Below, piece after piece: positions 28,790-37,302 of a stretch of 64,000 nt of DNA. This DNA is from an uncultured Ruminococcus sp. (GTDB lineage: Bacteria; Bacillota; Clostridia; Oscillospirales; CAG-382), in assembly GCA_964650045.1 (NCBI GenBank), contig CAZYRT010000001.1:3272-67271 (forward strand). Direction: 5' to 3'. A program made the translations under genes and the position numbers. Position 1 is the stretch's first letter, and every line of letters starts with the position of its first letter. The notes beneath the pieces are model-generated. The model was given only the letters and a program-made list of their open reading frames with translations. It was not told where the DNA came from and ran no database searches.

Positions 28790-28873
28790 CTTTGTGCAAA
28801 GCACAAAATATCACTTCCGCAAATCGGAAATATCACTACGAAGTAATATCACTTCGCGAAGCGAAATATCACT
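28790..28873. repeat. ATATCACT-plus-hairpin array between pgk and tpiA
   Basis: ATATCACT at 28808, 28830, 28846 and 28866 (spacing 22, 16 and 20 nt). Each is preceded by a different small palindrome (TTTGTGC-AAA-GCACAAA, TTCCG..CGGAA, CTTCGCGAAG). Orientation is opposite to the 27749 array. Confidence 0.85.
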
Positions 28874-28894
28874 GTAAAATGCCCGAAAGGTATT

Positions 28895-30100
28895 TTACTT
28901 ATCTGTCATTGCAGCGATACCGGGAAGCTCTTTGCCTTCGAGGTATTCAAGAGAAGCGCCGCCGCCTGTGGAGATGTGGCTCATCTTGTCGCCGAAGCCG
29001 AGGGTGTTTGCTGCAGCAGCAGAGTCACCGCCGCCGATGATTGTTGTAGCATCTGCTTCAGCAAGAGCCTTAGCAACTGCGATAGTACCTGCAGCGAGGA
29101 TGGGGTTTTCGAAAACGCCCATAGGTCCGTTCCAAACAACGGTCTTTGCGTTTTTGATCTTGTCTGCGTAAAGTTCACGGGTCTTGGGACCGATATCGAG
29201 AGATTGCATATCAGCAGGAATGCTGTCTGCATCTACACAAGAAATTTCGATTTCAGCATCGATGGGGTTGGGGAATTCCTTGGTGATAACACAGTCAACA
29301 GGGAGAAGTATTTCAACACCCTTTGCCTTTGCTCTGTCAAGCATTTCCTTGCAGTATTCGAGCTTTTCATCATCAACAAGAGAAGTGCCGATTTCTTTGC
29401 CCTGAGCCTTAAGGAAGGTATAAGCCATACCGCCGCCGATAATAAGAGCATCAGCCTTGTTAAGAAGGTTTTCGATAACAGCGAGCTTATCAGCAACCTT
29501 TGCGCCGCCGAGAATGGTAACGAAAGGTCTTACAGGATTGTTAACAGCATCGCCGAGGAATTTGATTTCCTTAGCCATAAGGTAGCCGTTTGCAGATTCT
29601 TCAACATAGGAAGCTACGCCAACGGTAGAGCAGTGAGCTCTGTGAGCCGCACCGAAGGCATCGTTAACAAACAATTCACAGAGAGAAGCCAATTCCTTGG
29701 AGAAAGCTTCGCCGTTCTTTGTTTCTTCTGCGCGGTAACGGGTGTTCTGGAGAAGAACAACATCGCCGTCCTTCATTTCAGCAACAGCCTTCTTTGCATT
29801 TTCGCCAACAACGCAATCGTCAGCAGCGAAAACAACATTTAAGCCGAGCTTTTCGGAAAGACGTTCGGCAACGGGAGCGAGAGAATATTCAGGCTTGGGT
29901 TCTCCCTTAGGCTTGCCGAGGTGAGAACAAAGGATAACCTTTGCGCCTTGGTCAAGAAGGTATTTGATCGTGGGAAGTGCGGCAACGATACGGTTTTCGT
30001 CGGTGATAACGCCGTTCTTCAAGGGAACATTGAAATCGCAACGAACAAGAACTTTTTTGCCGGCTACTTTAAGATCTTCAACAGACTTTTTAACGTTCAT
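28895..30100 (-). CDS. pgk: Phosphoglycerate kinase
   Basis: [10 protein letters not shown]...[14 protein letters not shown] 30100 after GAGGAG; the track start 30157 is an extension. C-terminal STGGGASLE. Confidence 0.96.
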   Translation of the reverse strand: MNVKKSVEDLKVAGKKVLVRCDFNVPLKNGVITDENRIVAALPTIKYLLDQGAKVILCSHLGKPKGEPKPEYSLAPVAERLSEKLGLNVVFAADDCVVGENAKKAVAEMKDGDVVLLQNTRYRAEETKNGEAFSKELASLCELFVNDAFGAAHRAHCSTVGVASYVEESANGYLMAKEIKFLGDAVNNPVRPFVTILGGAKVADKLAVIENLLNKADALIIGGGMAYTFLKAQGKEIGTSLVDDEKLEYCKEMLDRAKAKGVEILLPVDCVITKEFPNPIDAEIEISCVDADSIPADMQSLDIGPKTRELYADKIKNAKTVVWNGPMGVFENPILAAGTIAVAKALAEADATTIIGGGDSAAAANTLGFGDKMSHISTGGGASLEYLEGKELPGIAAMTDK

Positions 30101-30165
30101 TTTGGAAATCTCCTCGTTTTTTATGATTATTTTTTTATTAGCAAAAACAATTCGCATACATGGGT

Positions 30166-30194
30166 ATTATATACCAAATATCCCCTTAAATCAA
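30166..30194 (-). promoter_or_regulatory. Candidate pgk promoter
   Basis: On the minus strand: TTGATT, 17 nt, TATAAT, about 65 nt upstream of the pgk ATG. Confidence 0.55.
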
Positions 30195-30199
30195 GGGTT

Positions 30200-31744
30200 T
30201 TATTGGAAAAATACCGCGCTGTCTTCATCAAAATAATATTTTCTTCTTCTAAAGCTTTCTCTTATGCTGTTACCAACTGTCAAATGCTCGTTTATTGCAT
30301 TGGTCGTACAGTCGGCTATGTCAAAATAGAGATTGCCGATGATATATGAAAAATCAAAGTAAACGCTGTCGCATATTGTGTTCAGTATCATGGTTTCGGT
30401 GTTGTCGTAAAGGTACATCATTATGAATGAATTTATAAATTCGTCTTTTACTGTAGCGTTGCCTAAAGCGCAGGTTGCTGTTATGATTGTGGAAACAAAT
30501 TGACGTTTTGATTCGCCTGCTGTTTGAAGAGTTTTAGGTACCGATATAACTCTTGCTCGGTTATCTGCCATACAATAATAACTTTCCTGAGTTTCGCTGG
30601 ATTTGGGCATAGGAAGAAAACCATATTTGCTTTCATTACCTGTTCCGTCTCTTAAAGCATAGAAGTAATCGAAGGTATTGCAGAAAAATATTGTTTTGTT
30701 GTTTTCGAACGATTCTAAAGCTTTTGCGCCATCAAAAGGATATCTTCCGTTAGTGTCATAGATATCCAAAAGCTGATTGCAAATATTTTCTGCGGTGTCG
30801 TAATCTATAGTTATTTCTACAGCTTTTTTATACGTGTTGCCAACGATACTTTCACCGCTTGAAGCAAACATTGCAAGAGGGAAGGTGTTATCATCTGCGT
30901 AAGCTGTGAAACCAAACAAATCATTTTCCAAATCGGCAGCGATTTTGTTATAAACCTCACTTGCGGAGAGCCGAACGACCTCGTTGAATTTATCCCATGT
31001 CCATTTACCTTGCAGGGTAAGTGTTTCCAAATCGGTTGTTCCTTCGGGCAATTGCAAAAGTTCTCGATTATAGAACATTACATATATATCCTCATATACC
31101 ATTGCTGTAGGGTCAGGAAGAAGATATAACGTGCTGTTTGTTGCCAATTTTGTAGCATACTGTTGATTGAAAAAATCGCTTGTTGCATCAAAACCCGGAA
31201 GGGAATTTAAATCCTCTAAAAGCCCATTCTTATAAAGATTTGCGCTTTCTACAGCCGAAATTGCAAGCATATCGCAAAATTCGGTTTCTGATTCGATAGC
31301 TGTGCGTAACTCTTTTGTGAGGTCATCTCCCGACATTTCTTTTACATTGATTGACGCGCCGTATTGCTTTTCGAGAAATTCATTTCTTTCCTTCACTGCG
31401 GTTCCGATCATTGAAACAGATTCTTCATCATAAGAAAACGCAGACAACTCATCTGTAATTATTGTAAACGACGTTTCTTTTGGCACTTGAACTTCTGATT
31501 CGGTTGATGCCTCAGCTGATATTCCCGCAGAATTTTCTGCCGACATTTCTTCTGAAATTTCCGATTCCGAAGGAGTTTCTAATGACAATACGGGTAGATT
31601 AGAAGCTAGAGTATCGTAAATATTTGTTGATGATTCCGCAGAGGATACTGCTACCGAGCTGTTGTCTTGCTCATAACTGACGTTTTCACATCCTGCAAGG
31701 AATAAAAGCGTAAAAACAATTATGATTGCTAAAATTTTTTTCAT
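30200..31744 (-). CDS. Lipoprotein, possibly solute-binding-protein-like
   Basis: Signal peptide with lipobox FLAGC. Ser/Glu-rich linker. Roughly 400-aa globular part. GGAGA RBS. Confidence 0.5.
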   Translation of the reverse strand: MKKILAIIIVFTLLFLAGCENVSYEQDNSSVAVSSAESSTNIYDTLASNLPVLSLETPSESEISEEMSAENSAGISAEASTESEVQVPKETSFTIITDELSAFSYDEESVSMIGTAVKERNEFLEKQYGASINVKEMSGDDLTKELRTAIESETEFCDMLAISAVESANLYKNGLLEDLNSLPGFDATSDFFNQQYATKLATNSTLYLLPDPTAMVYEDIYVMFYNRELLQLPEGTTDLETLTLQGKWTWDKFNEVVRLSASEVYNKIAADLENDLFGFTAYADDNTFPLAMFASSGESIVGNTYKKAVEITIDYDTAENICNQLLDIYDTNGRYPFDGAKALESFENNKTIFFCNTFDYFYALRDGTGNESKYGFLPMPKSSETQESYYCMADNRARVISVPKTLQTAGESKRQFVSTIITATCALGNATVKDEFINSFIMMYLYDNTETMILNTICDSVYFDFSYIIGNLYFDIADCTTNAINEHLTVGNSIRESFRRRKYYFDEDSAVFFQ

Positions 31745-31767
31745 TGAGTTCTGTCTCCAATTAGAAA

Positions 31768-31783
31768 TGTTTCACGTGAAACA
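31768..31783. promoter_or_regulatory. parS site (ParB/Spo0J binding)
   Basis: TGTTTCACGTGAAACA is a perfect 16-bp palindrome matching the Firmicute parS consensus TGTTNCACGTGAAACA. Confidence 0.9.
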
Positions 31784-31806
31784 TTTCATTTTGTATTTAT
31801 TTCAAT

Positions 31807-31822
31807 TGTTTCACGTGAAACA
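31807..31822. promoter_or_regulatory. parS site (ParB/Spo0J binding), second copy
   Basis: Identical TGTTTCACGTGAAACA, 39 bp centre-to-centre from the first copy. Confidence 0.9.
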
Positions 31823-31823
31823 A

Positions 31824-33236
31824 TCAAAGGGGTTTGACGTATGTAGGTGTGTTTTCGTCACCTAAGGCGATTATAGAAAACAATTCTTGCTTGCATCCGT
31901 TAAAACTATAATTTTGAGCATATACTAAAGGTATCAACACTCTTGCGCCGCATTCAAGAGCAACAATTATCTCTCCGCTGTCGATGCGCTTAACTGCAAT
32001 ACCGTTTAATAGGGTCTCTCCGCTATCCTTTATATATTTAAGTGCGGTTAATTTTGCATAACGGTTAACAGTTTTTTCAAAATTAATGGCAAGATCATTG
32101 GAAAGATCACAAACTTCATGAATGGTTTTATGAAAACGGTTTGAATTTATATTAGAGGGATTTCCTTTTGCTTTTGCAACTGTTTTCAAAACCTGTAGAA
32201 CAAGAAGGTTTGTGTAGTTAGTGGCAGGTGTAAAGAATGAAACGATTAGTTTGCTTGCACAAAGTGAATTGTAAATAGGTGCAGAAGAATATACGGGGCG
32301 GGGAACGCTGCTTTTGAGAACGTCACAAACAAAGTCGTAGTAATCCTTGCCTTTCGCTTCCTCTGCTATAAGTGCGGTGAGCTTTCCGGGGTCGGTTTCT
32401 TCGGGATTGATTCCAAGGAGACTTGTCAGCATATCAAGTATGTTTATGTCAACAGAACTTCTGCCGTTATAAATGGCAGGAATATTATGCTCGCACATAA
32501 ATCTGCCTACGGCTTCTGCAGTCAAATAGCCTATTTCGCGTATCATTGCACGGGAATCTGATTCTGGGACACGGCTGAATGAAATTATCTTACCCGTTTC
32601 ATCGGTTTTATATACTCGTTTAAAGTTGGTGCAATCAAGACCGCCTCTGTCTCTACGGTTGGCGCAATAGGTTGCCGCGATTTCGTACATATCAATAACT
32701 GTATCCATAATCGGAGCATATTTTTTTCTTAAAGACATAACAGAAGAAGCATCTGTGGTCAAACCCAACTGATCTATTTCACCGAAAATACAGTTAGCAG
32801 AGATTTGAATTACGGTTTCCTCAAAGCTTACATCGATAACATTACCTTTGCTGTCAATATCCATAAAAACCGAAAGAGCGAGCTTGTCACCTGAAGTTGC
32901 AAGGTTACAGAGGTCGTAGCGAATGATTTCGGGAAGCATTTCCTTGACAGATGAACCGTCGTTGAATGCGGCTATCCTTGTTCGAGCTTCTTTATCCATA
33001 GGAGAGCCTTCACAGACATATTCCGCTACATCGGCAACGTGTACTCCCAATTTCCAGCCATTACCGTTGGGATAGAGAGAAAAAGCATATTCCGCAGGGG
33101 AATTATGACTTTCCGAAAAGGAGAAGACCATCTTTCCGCGCAGATCGGAACGCTTGGCAAGATAAGAGGATGTTCTTATACGCCCGGCGATAGCCGCCTG
33201 CTCCAAAACATTGCTTGGGAATTGTGTATGGTGCAT
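31824..33236 (-). CDS. RNB (RNase II/R)-like protein with a degenerate catalytic motif
   Basis: GVHVADVAEYV..GSPMDKEA..R and ...MLPE...CNL...DKLALSV..DIDSKGNV align with the RNB core. The position of the IDxxxxxDxDDA motif reads FSESHNSPAEYA. Confidence 0.6.
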   Translation of the reverse strand: MHHTQFPSNVLEQAAIAGRIRTSSYLAKRSDLRGKMVFSFSESHNSPAEYAFSLYPNGNGWKLGVHVADVAEYVCEGSPMDKEARTRIAAFNDGSSVKEMLPEIIRYDLCNLATSGDKLALSVFMDIDSKGNVIDVSFEETVIQISANCIFGEIDQLGLTTDASSVMSLRKKYAPIMDTVIDMYEIAATYCANRRDRGGLDCTNFKRVYKTDETGKIISFSRVPESDSRAMIREIGYLTAEAVGRFMCEHNIPAIYNGRSSVDINILDMLTSLLGINPEETDPGKLTALIAEEAKGKDYYDFVCDVLKSSVPRPVYSSAPIYNSLCASKLIVSFFTPATNYTNLLVLQVLKTVAKAKGNPSNINSNRFHKTIHEVCDLSNDLAINFEKTVNRYAKLTALKYIKDSGETLLNGIAVKRIDSGEIIVALECGARVLIPLVYAQNYSFNGCKQELFSIIALGDENTPTYVKPL

Positions 33237-33350
33237 ATTTAAACCTCTTTTCTATATAAAAATACATTTTAATTGTACTATATCAACACTTTTGATGTCA
33301 AGAAGTATTTATATTATTTATGTAACAAAACCGTTAATTTCAAATAAAAG

Positions 33351-33383
33351 AGGTTTATCGATATGCGGCGTATCGATAAACCT
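33351..33383. repeat. Perfect 13-bp inverted repeat (AGGTTTATCGATA-N7-TATCGATAAACCT)
   Basis: Read directly from the sequence. It lies in a divergent intergenic region. On the minus strand the hairpin is followed by CTTTTATTTG. Confidence 0.8.
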
Positions 33384-33566
33384 CGCGCATCAATGAATTT
33401 TTTCTCTCATACAATATATTGAAAGGGAAATAATGCACTCCCAAATTATGGTACTTGACAATATGTGGTATAATATAAGCAGGGAATCTTTGGTTTCCCA
33501 AGCCTTTAACCTCTCAGCTTTCGGTATTTGCCTAAAAATTCTTGGGAATTTGGTTAAAACGCATAT

Positions 33567-33600
33567 TTTTCCACGAGGCGGTGGAAAAGTGTGTGGAAAA
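33567..33600. promoter_or_regulatory. Cluster of three DnaA-box-like 9-mers
   Basis: TTTTCCACG (33567, +), GGTGGAAAA (33580, inverted) and TGTGGAAAA (33592, inverted). They have the same TTTTCCACA flavour as the oriC boxes and lie just upstream of a promoter. Confidence 0.5.
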
Positions 33601-33606
33601 TCTACA

Positions 33607-33635
33607 TTGACATTCAGAATTGCTTCCTATATTAT
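33607..33635 (+). promoter_or_regulatory. Candidate promoter of the 33654-35742 operon
   Basis: TTGACA (33607-33612), 17-nt spacer, TATTAT (33630-33635). Confidence 0.5.
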
Positions 33636-33653
33636 TTTAAGGAGAATTTACTT

Positions 33654-34154
33654 ATGAAAAAACGTATTACTGTTGTGCTGGCGTTTGTCCTTGCATCAAT
33701 AATGGTTTTCGTTGGTACAGCGCAAATCTCCGCATCTGGAGAGGAAACCTTTATCATTCCCGACAACACTCCCGTAACCTATGGCTATCTTAAGGAATAT
33801 ATGGATGAGATCAAGGCTGAGGTCAAAGCCGAGATTATCGCCCAATTAACTTCCGACGGTGTGTTTGATACAAAGCAGACCTATGAGGAGGTTTCGGCAT
33901 CCAAGGGGCAGATGATAATCCTTTCTGCCGATACCGAAATTATTTATCGGGGCGGAGGTGCAGTTGCGGTAACATCCTCGTTCACCGAAGGCAACGGTAT
34001 CACCGATATGTCTATGGGTAAAGAGATATTTTCGGGAGAATCACTCCAATACGGAAGAATATATTATTCTTCTGCCGGAGATTCCAAGAAAGCTATTCTT
34101 ATAATAGGCGAAACAGCCTATTTTACAATAAGGGGTAATTATGAGATTATCTAA
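33654..34154 (+). CDS. Small secreted protein, unknown function
   Basis: ATG 33654 after AAGGAG. Signal peptide ...VGTAQISA. It overlaps the next gene by 14 nt. Confidence 0.5.
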   Translation: MKKRITVVLAFVLASIMVFVGTAQISASGEETFIIPDNTPVTYGYLKEYMDEIKAEVKAEIIAQLTSDGVFDTKQTYEEVSASKGQMIILSADTEIIYRGGGAVAVTSSFTEGNGITDMSMGKEIFSGESLQYGRIYYSSAGDSKKAILIIGETAYFTIRGNYEII

Positions 34155-35742
34155 ATTAAAACGATTACTAAGCTTCGCTCTGGCACTTGTTTTTTGTTTG
34201 GGTATTACAATTTTTCCCGATTCACCTTTTAACGAGGAAGCTTACGCATATAATGAACCCGATATTAGGGTGGGAATATATGTAGGCAGTAATGTGAGAT
34301 TTTCCTCTCTTAATCAATCTGCATCAGGCTCTTTTGAAATAGGATATTCCGATAACGGCTTTTCTAAGCTTTTTGATCTTGGAAAAGGTCAGATCCTTAT
34401 AATTCCTCAGGTAAATGCGTATTATGATCCTGCTTCAAAGAGCTGTTCTCCTTCCTCAAATGGAAATATCGGAGCATACAGCGCGGTCATCAGCCGTCAC
34501 AACAGCTATTCCGAGGCTTATAATGTTGCAAAAACCATAAAGGACGGTTTTGTGGCTGTTGTTAACGGTGGATTTGAGGCAAGAGGATTTTCGGGAACAA
34601 GCGCGTATTCAGTTCAAAATGAATCCTCGGGTCGAAAGGTTGCGTCTCCCGTTTCCTGCGGTTTGACTGTTATTGACCCTGCTACGGGTAAAATAATCTT
34701 CACATACGAGGATTCCTCCAAAAGACTTGCAATAAGAGCAACAGGCGGCAGTACGGTAAGCCTTCCTTTTAAATCAGACACCTATTCATATTACGGTTAT
34801 TTTGAATATGTAAACGAGGGAAGTTACCTTAAAATGGTAAACTGTGTTCCTCTTGAGACCTATGTTGTCTGTGTTATGGGTATGGAAATTGGTATGGGAT
34901 ATTATTCCGCCGAAACCTGCAAGGCATTTTCTATTATGGTCCGTACCTTTGTTTTGAGACATAAGCACGGCGATGATTATTATGTTTGTTCTACCGATTG
35001 CTGTCAGGTTTATTTGGGAACCTACCGCTGGAGCGATGTAAACGTTAAATATGTTAATGCCACAAAAGGTCAATATTGCGCCTATAACGGTGAGCCGATT
35101 TTGGCGGTTTACCATAATTCAAACGGCGGTGCAAGCTGTTCTTCTATAGCGGCATGGGGCGGAAGCGACCTTCCTTATTTGAAAACCGTTTATTCCAATG
35201 AAAAGGGCGAAACCGAAATTTGGAATTATGAGTTTACCAAGGATGAATTTTTTGATTACATCTCCTCACGTTCCAAGTTTTCCTCTATTTCCGATTCGGA
35301 TATAAAATTCGAAATATTGGCAACCGACCCTTACGGCTCCAATTATATTACCCAGCTTTCGGTTACCGACGGAAATGGTAATAATGTGGTTATCAACACA
35401 GCGGAAAGCGTCCGTGTTGCCTGTGGATTCGAAAGCGCCAACTTTGATGTTGAATATTCCACCCAAATGGAGGTTCTCACCAAGGAGGGCAAGGTTGAGA
35501 CCGCTGAGGTAAAGGGAATCCTTACCGCAGACGGCTATAAGCCCTTCCAAAGCTTTGATGACAGCTATAAAACAACCGCAGGAACCGAAATAACTCCCGA
35601 AAAAATTATAATTAACGGCAAGGGAACAGGTCACGGTGTTGGATTCTCGGTTTACGGCAGCGAGGAATTGGCAAAGGACGGATATAATTATCAATATATC
35701 CTTACCCATTATTTCTCGGGAACCAAGATTTTATCACTTTAA
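34141..35742 (+). CDS. SpoIID/LytB domain-containing protein
   Basis: Signal peptide. VPLETYVVCVMGMEIG...AETCKAFSIMVRTFVLRH...CSTDCCQVYLG...AVYHNSNGG fits the SpoIID/LytB amidase-enhancer domain. Confidence 0.8.
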   Translation: MRLSKLKRLLSFALALVFCLGITIFPDSPFNEEAYAYNEPDIRVGIYVGSNVRFSSLNQSASGSFEIGYSDNGFSKLFDLGKGQILIIPQVNAYYDPASKSCSPSSNGNIGAYSAVISRHNSYSEAYNVAKTIKDGFVAVVNGGFEARGFSGTSAYSVQNESSGRKVASPVSCGLTVIDPATGKIIFTYEDSSKRLAIRATGGSTVSLPFKSDTYSYYGYFEYVNEGSYLKMVNCVPLETYVVCVMGMEIGMGYYSAETCKAFSIMVRTFVLRHKHGDDYYVCSTDCCQVYLGTYRWSDVNVKYVNATKGQYCAYNGEPILAVYHNSNGGASCSSIAAWGGSDLPYLKTVYSNEKGETEIWNYEFTKDEFFDYISSRSKFSSISDSDIKFEILATDPYGSNYITQLSVTDGNGNNVVINTAESVRVACGFESANFDVEYSTQMEVLTKEGKVETAEVKGILTADGYKPFQSFDDSYKTTAGTEITPEKIIINGKGTGHGVGFSVYGSEELAKDGYNYQYILTHYFSGTKILSL

Positions 35743-36412
35743 ATAATAAGAAAAGGAATGGTCGAAGCCATTCCTTTTTGTATTTTGAGAGTTTTTGAAA
35801 AGAGAGCTTGAGAGAAAGACTTTTTGCAAAAAGTTTTTCTCTCACTAATTTTGAGGTCTGAAGGTCGTAATATTTTGAATTATAGAGCAAAATCGGGCGG
35901 GTGGGGCGCTTTTTGGCGACAATTACATAGAAAATATCGCCTTCGCTGTTTGTGCTGACCTCCTGAAGGGATATAACCACACGTCCGCAGGTGGAAAGGT
36001 ACATTGCGTGCTCCATGTGGTAGGTTACTCCGTGACGGGTGTAACGCCGTATAACCTTATCATCCTCCACGACTCTTTCAACCTTATCGGCAATTATATC
36101 GTAATCCTCTTTTGCCATTTTCTTGAGAGTGATGTAATAATGAAACACATTGCCGACTGCAATTAAAACGGGAAGGGCTGCCAACGCTATTTTTATTATT
36201 TTTGTCCAGGTTTCGTTTAAGGGTGTGTCCATAGAAAAAATGAATATAAACAACCCCGAGAAGAGGACGCAGACACCGCTGACAACAAACCAGCCTACAA
36301 GGTCAACCTTTGCCATAGCTGCAAGCTCGTTATAAATTGTTTGGGGGGTTACGGTTCTTTTTCCCTCTGCCTGCTGGTCTGCCATTGTGCTTTTGCTAAC
36401 ATAATTTCCCAT
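35702..36412 (-). CDS. Membrane protein, unknown function (two TM helices plus a cytosolic domain)
   Basis: ORF with two hydrophobic helices. Its last roughly 40 codons run through the convergent terminator and overlap the SpoIID-like gene by 41 nt. Confidence 0.45.
   Translation of the reverse strand: MGNYVSKSTMADQQAEGKRTVTPQTIYNELAAMAKVDLVGWFVVSGVCVLFSGLFIFIFSMDTPLNETWTKIIKIALAALPVLIAVGNVFHYYITLKKMAKEDYDIIADKVERVVEDDKVIRRYTRHGVTYHMEHAMYLSTCGRVVISLQEVSTNSEGDIFYVIVAKKRPTRPILLYNSKYYDLQTSKLVREKLFAKSLSLKLSFQKLSKYKKEWLRPFLFLLFKVIKSWFPRNNG
35752..35779. terminator. Terminator after the SpoIID-like gene
   Basis: AAAGGAATGG-TCGAAG-CCATTCCTTT 10-bp stem followed by TT. Confidence 0.7.
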
Positions 36413-36426
36413 TTAACAAACTCCTG

Positions 36427-37281
36427 TTAAGGCTGTTTACAGCTTTCCAAAAATTCCAAAAGCCTTGGAATAGCATTTCTTCCATCGGATGCGCCTCTGT
36501 CATAGGTTGCTTGGATACGTTCAGGGTCATGCTCAAGCCTTGCGGCAGGGAGAGGAGAATCGGGTCGGATAATGAAAATATCGCCGTTTTTCTCTAATTC
36601 CAAAAGTGATTCAACCGTTTTGTTATAAACCTCTGCACGTCTTTCCATGGCTTCGACAAACTTTGGATATTTTCGGTAGATAAGCTTGGAGAAAAGCTTG
36701 GATTCGGGCTTTTTAACATAATCTGCAGGTCTGGTCAACACAACAACATTCTTTTCAAATCCCATTTTGCGGAATTGATGAATGGGTATTGCATCACAGC
36801 AACCGCCGTCCAGATATTTTTTGTTGCCTATCTCCACAATTCTCGAAAAATAGGGGAGAGATGCCGACGCACGCAAAAAATCGATTTCGGCAAGCATATC
36901 GGTTATTTGGAGATATTCGGCTTCACCTGTTTCCACATTGCTTACTACAACATAAAAGGGAGTTTTGTTGACTTTGAAGCCCTCGTAATCATAAACATCA
37001 AGCTTTTCGGGGAGCTGGTGATAGGAAAATTCCACTTCCACAATGTCCCCTGTCTTAATCCAGCTTTTCAGGCTCATAAAACGTGGATCGGCACAATAAT
37101 TACGGTAGTAACGGATGCTTCTGCCCTTTTGTCCCGAAAGGTAGGAGCATCCGTGGACTGCTCCTGCGGAAACTCCTATCAATCCGTCAAAGGTGATTCC
37201 GTTTTCCATGAAAACGTCTAAAACACCTGCTGTATATATTCCGCGGAAGCCTCCGCCCTCTAAAACAATTCCTGTTTTCAA
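36427..37281 (-). CDS. Patatin-like phospholipase
   Basis: Oxyanion GGGFRG, nucleophile elbow GVSAG, and Asp of the dyad in LDGG. Confidence 0.85.
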   Translation of the reverse strand: MKTGIVLEGGGFRGIYTAGVLDVFMENGITFDGLIGVSAGAVHGCSYLSGQKGRSIRYYRNYCADPRFMSLKSWIKTGDIVEVEFSYHQLPEKLDVYDYEGFKVNKTPFYVVVSNVETGEAEYLQITDMLAEIDFLRASASLPYFSRIVEIGNKKYLDGGCCDAIPIHQFRKMGFEKNVVVLTRPADYVKKPESKLFSKLIYRKYPKFVEAMERRAEVYNKTVESLLELEKNGDIFIIRPDSPLPAARLEHDPERIQATYDRGASDGRNAIPRLLEFLESCKQP

Positions 37282-37302
37282 TTGGTTTTCCTTCTTTGGG
37301 GT

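Noticed and set aside
27749-28873. Possible CRISPR array (regularly spaced short repeats)
   Set aside because: The conserved unit is only 8-9 nt and the period is 16-24 nt. The spacers are themselves palindromes. There are no cas genes or leader. It is reported as a repeat array instead.
28874-28898. Hairpin GTAAAATGCC-CGAA-AGGTATTTTAC as the pgk terminator
   Set aside because: The stem is AT-rich with a mismatch and overlaps the pgk stop codon. It is not followed by a U-run on the minus strand. pgk and tpiA are probably co-transcribed.
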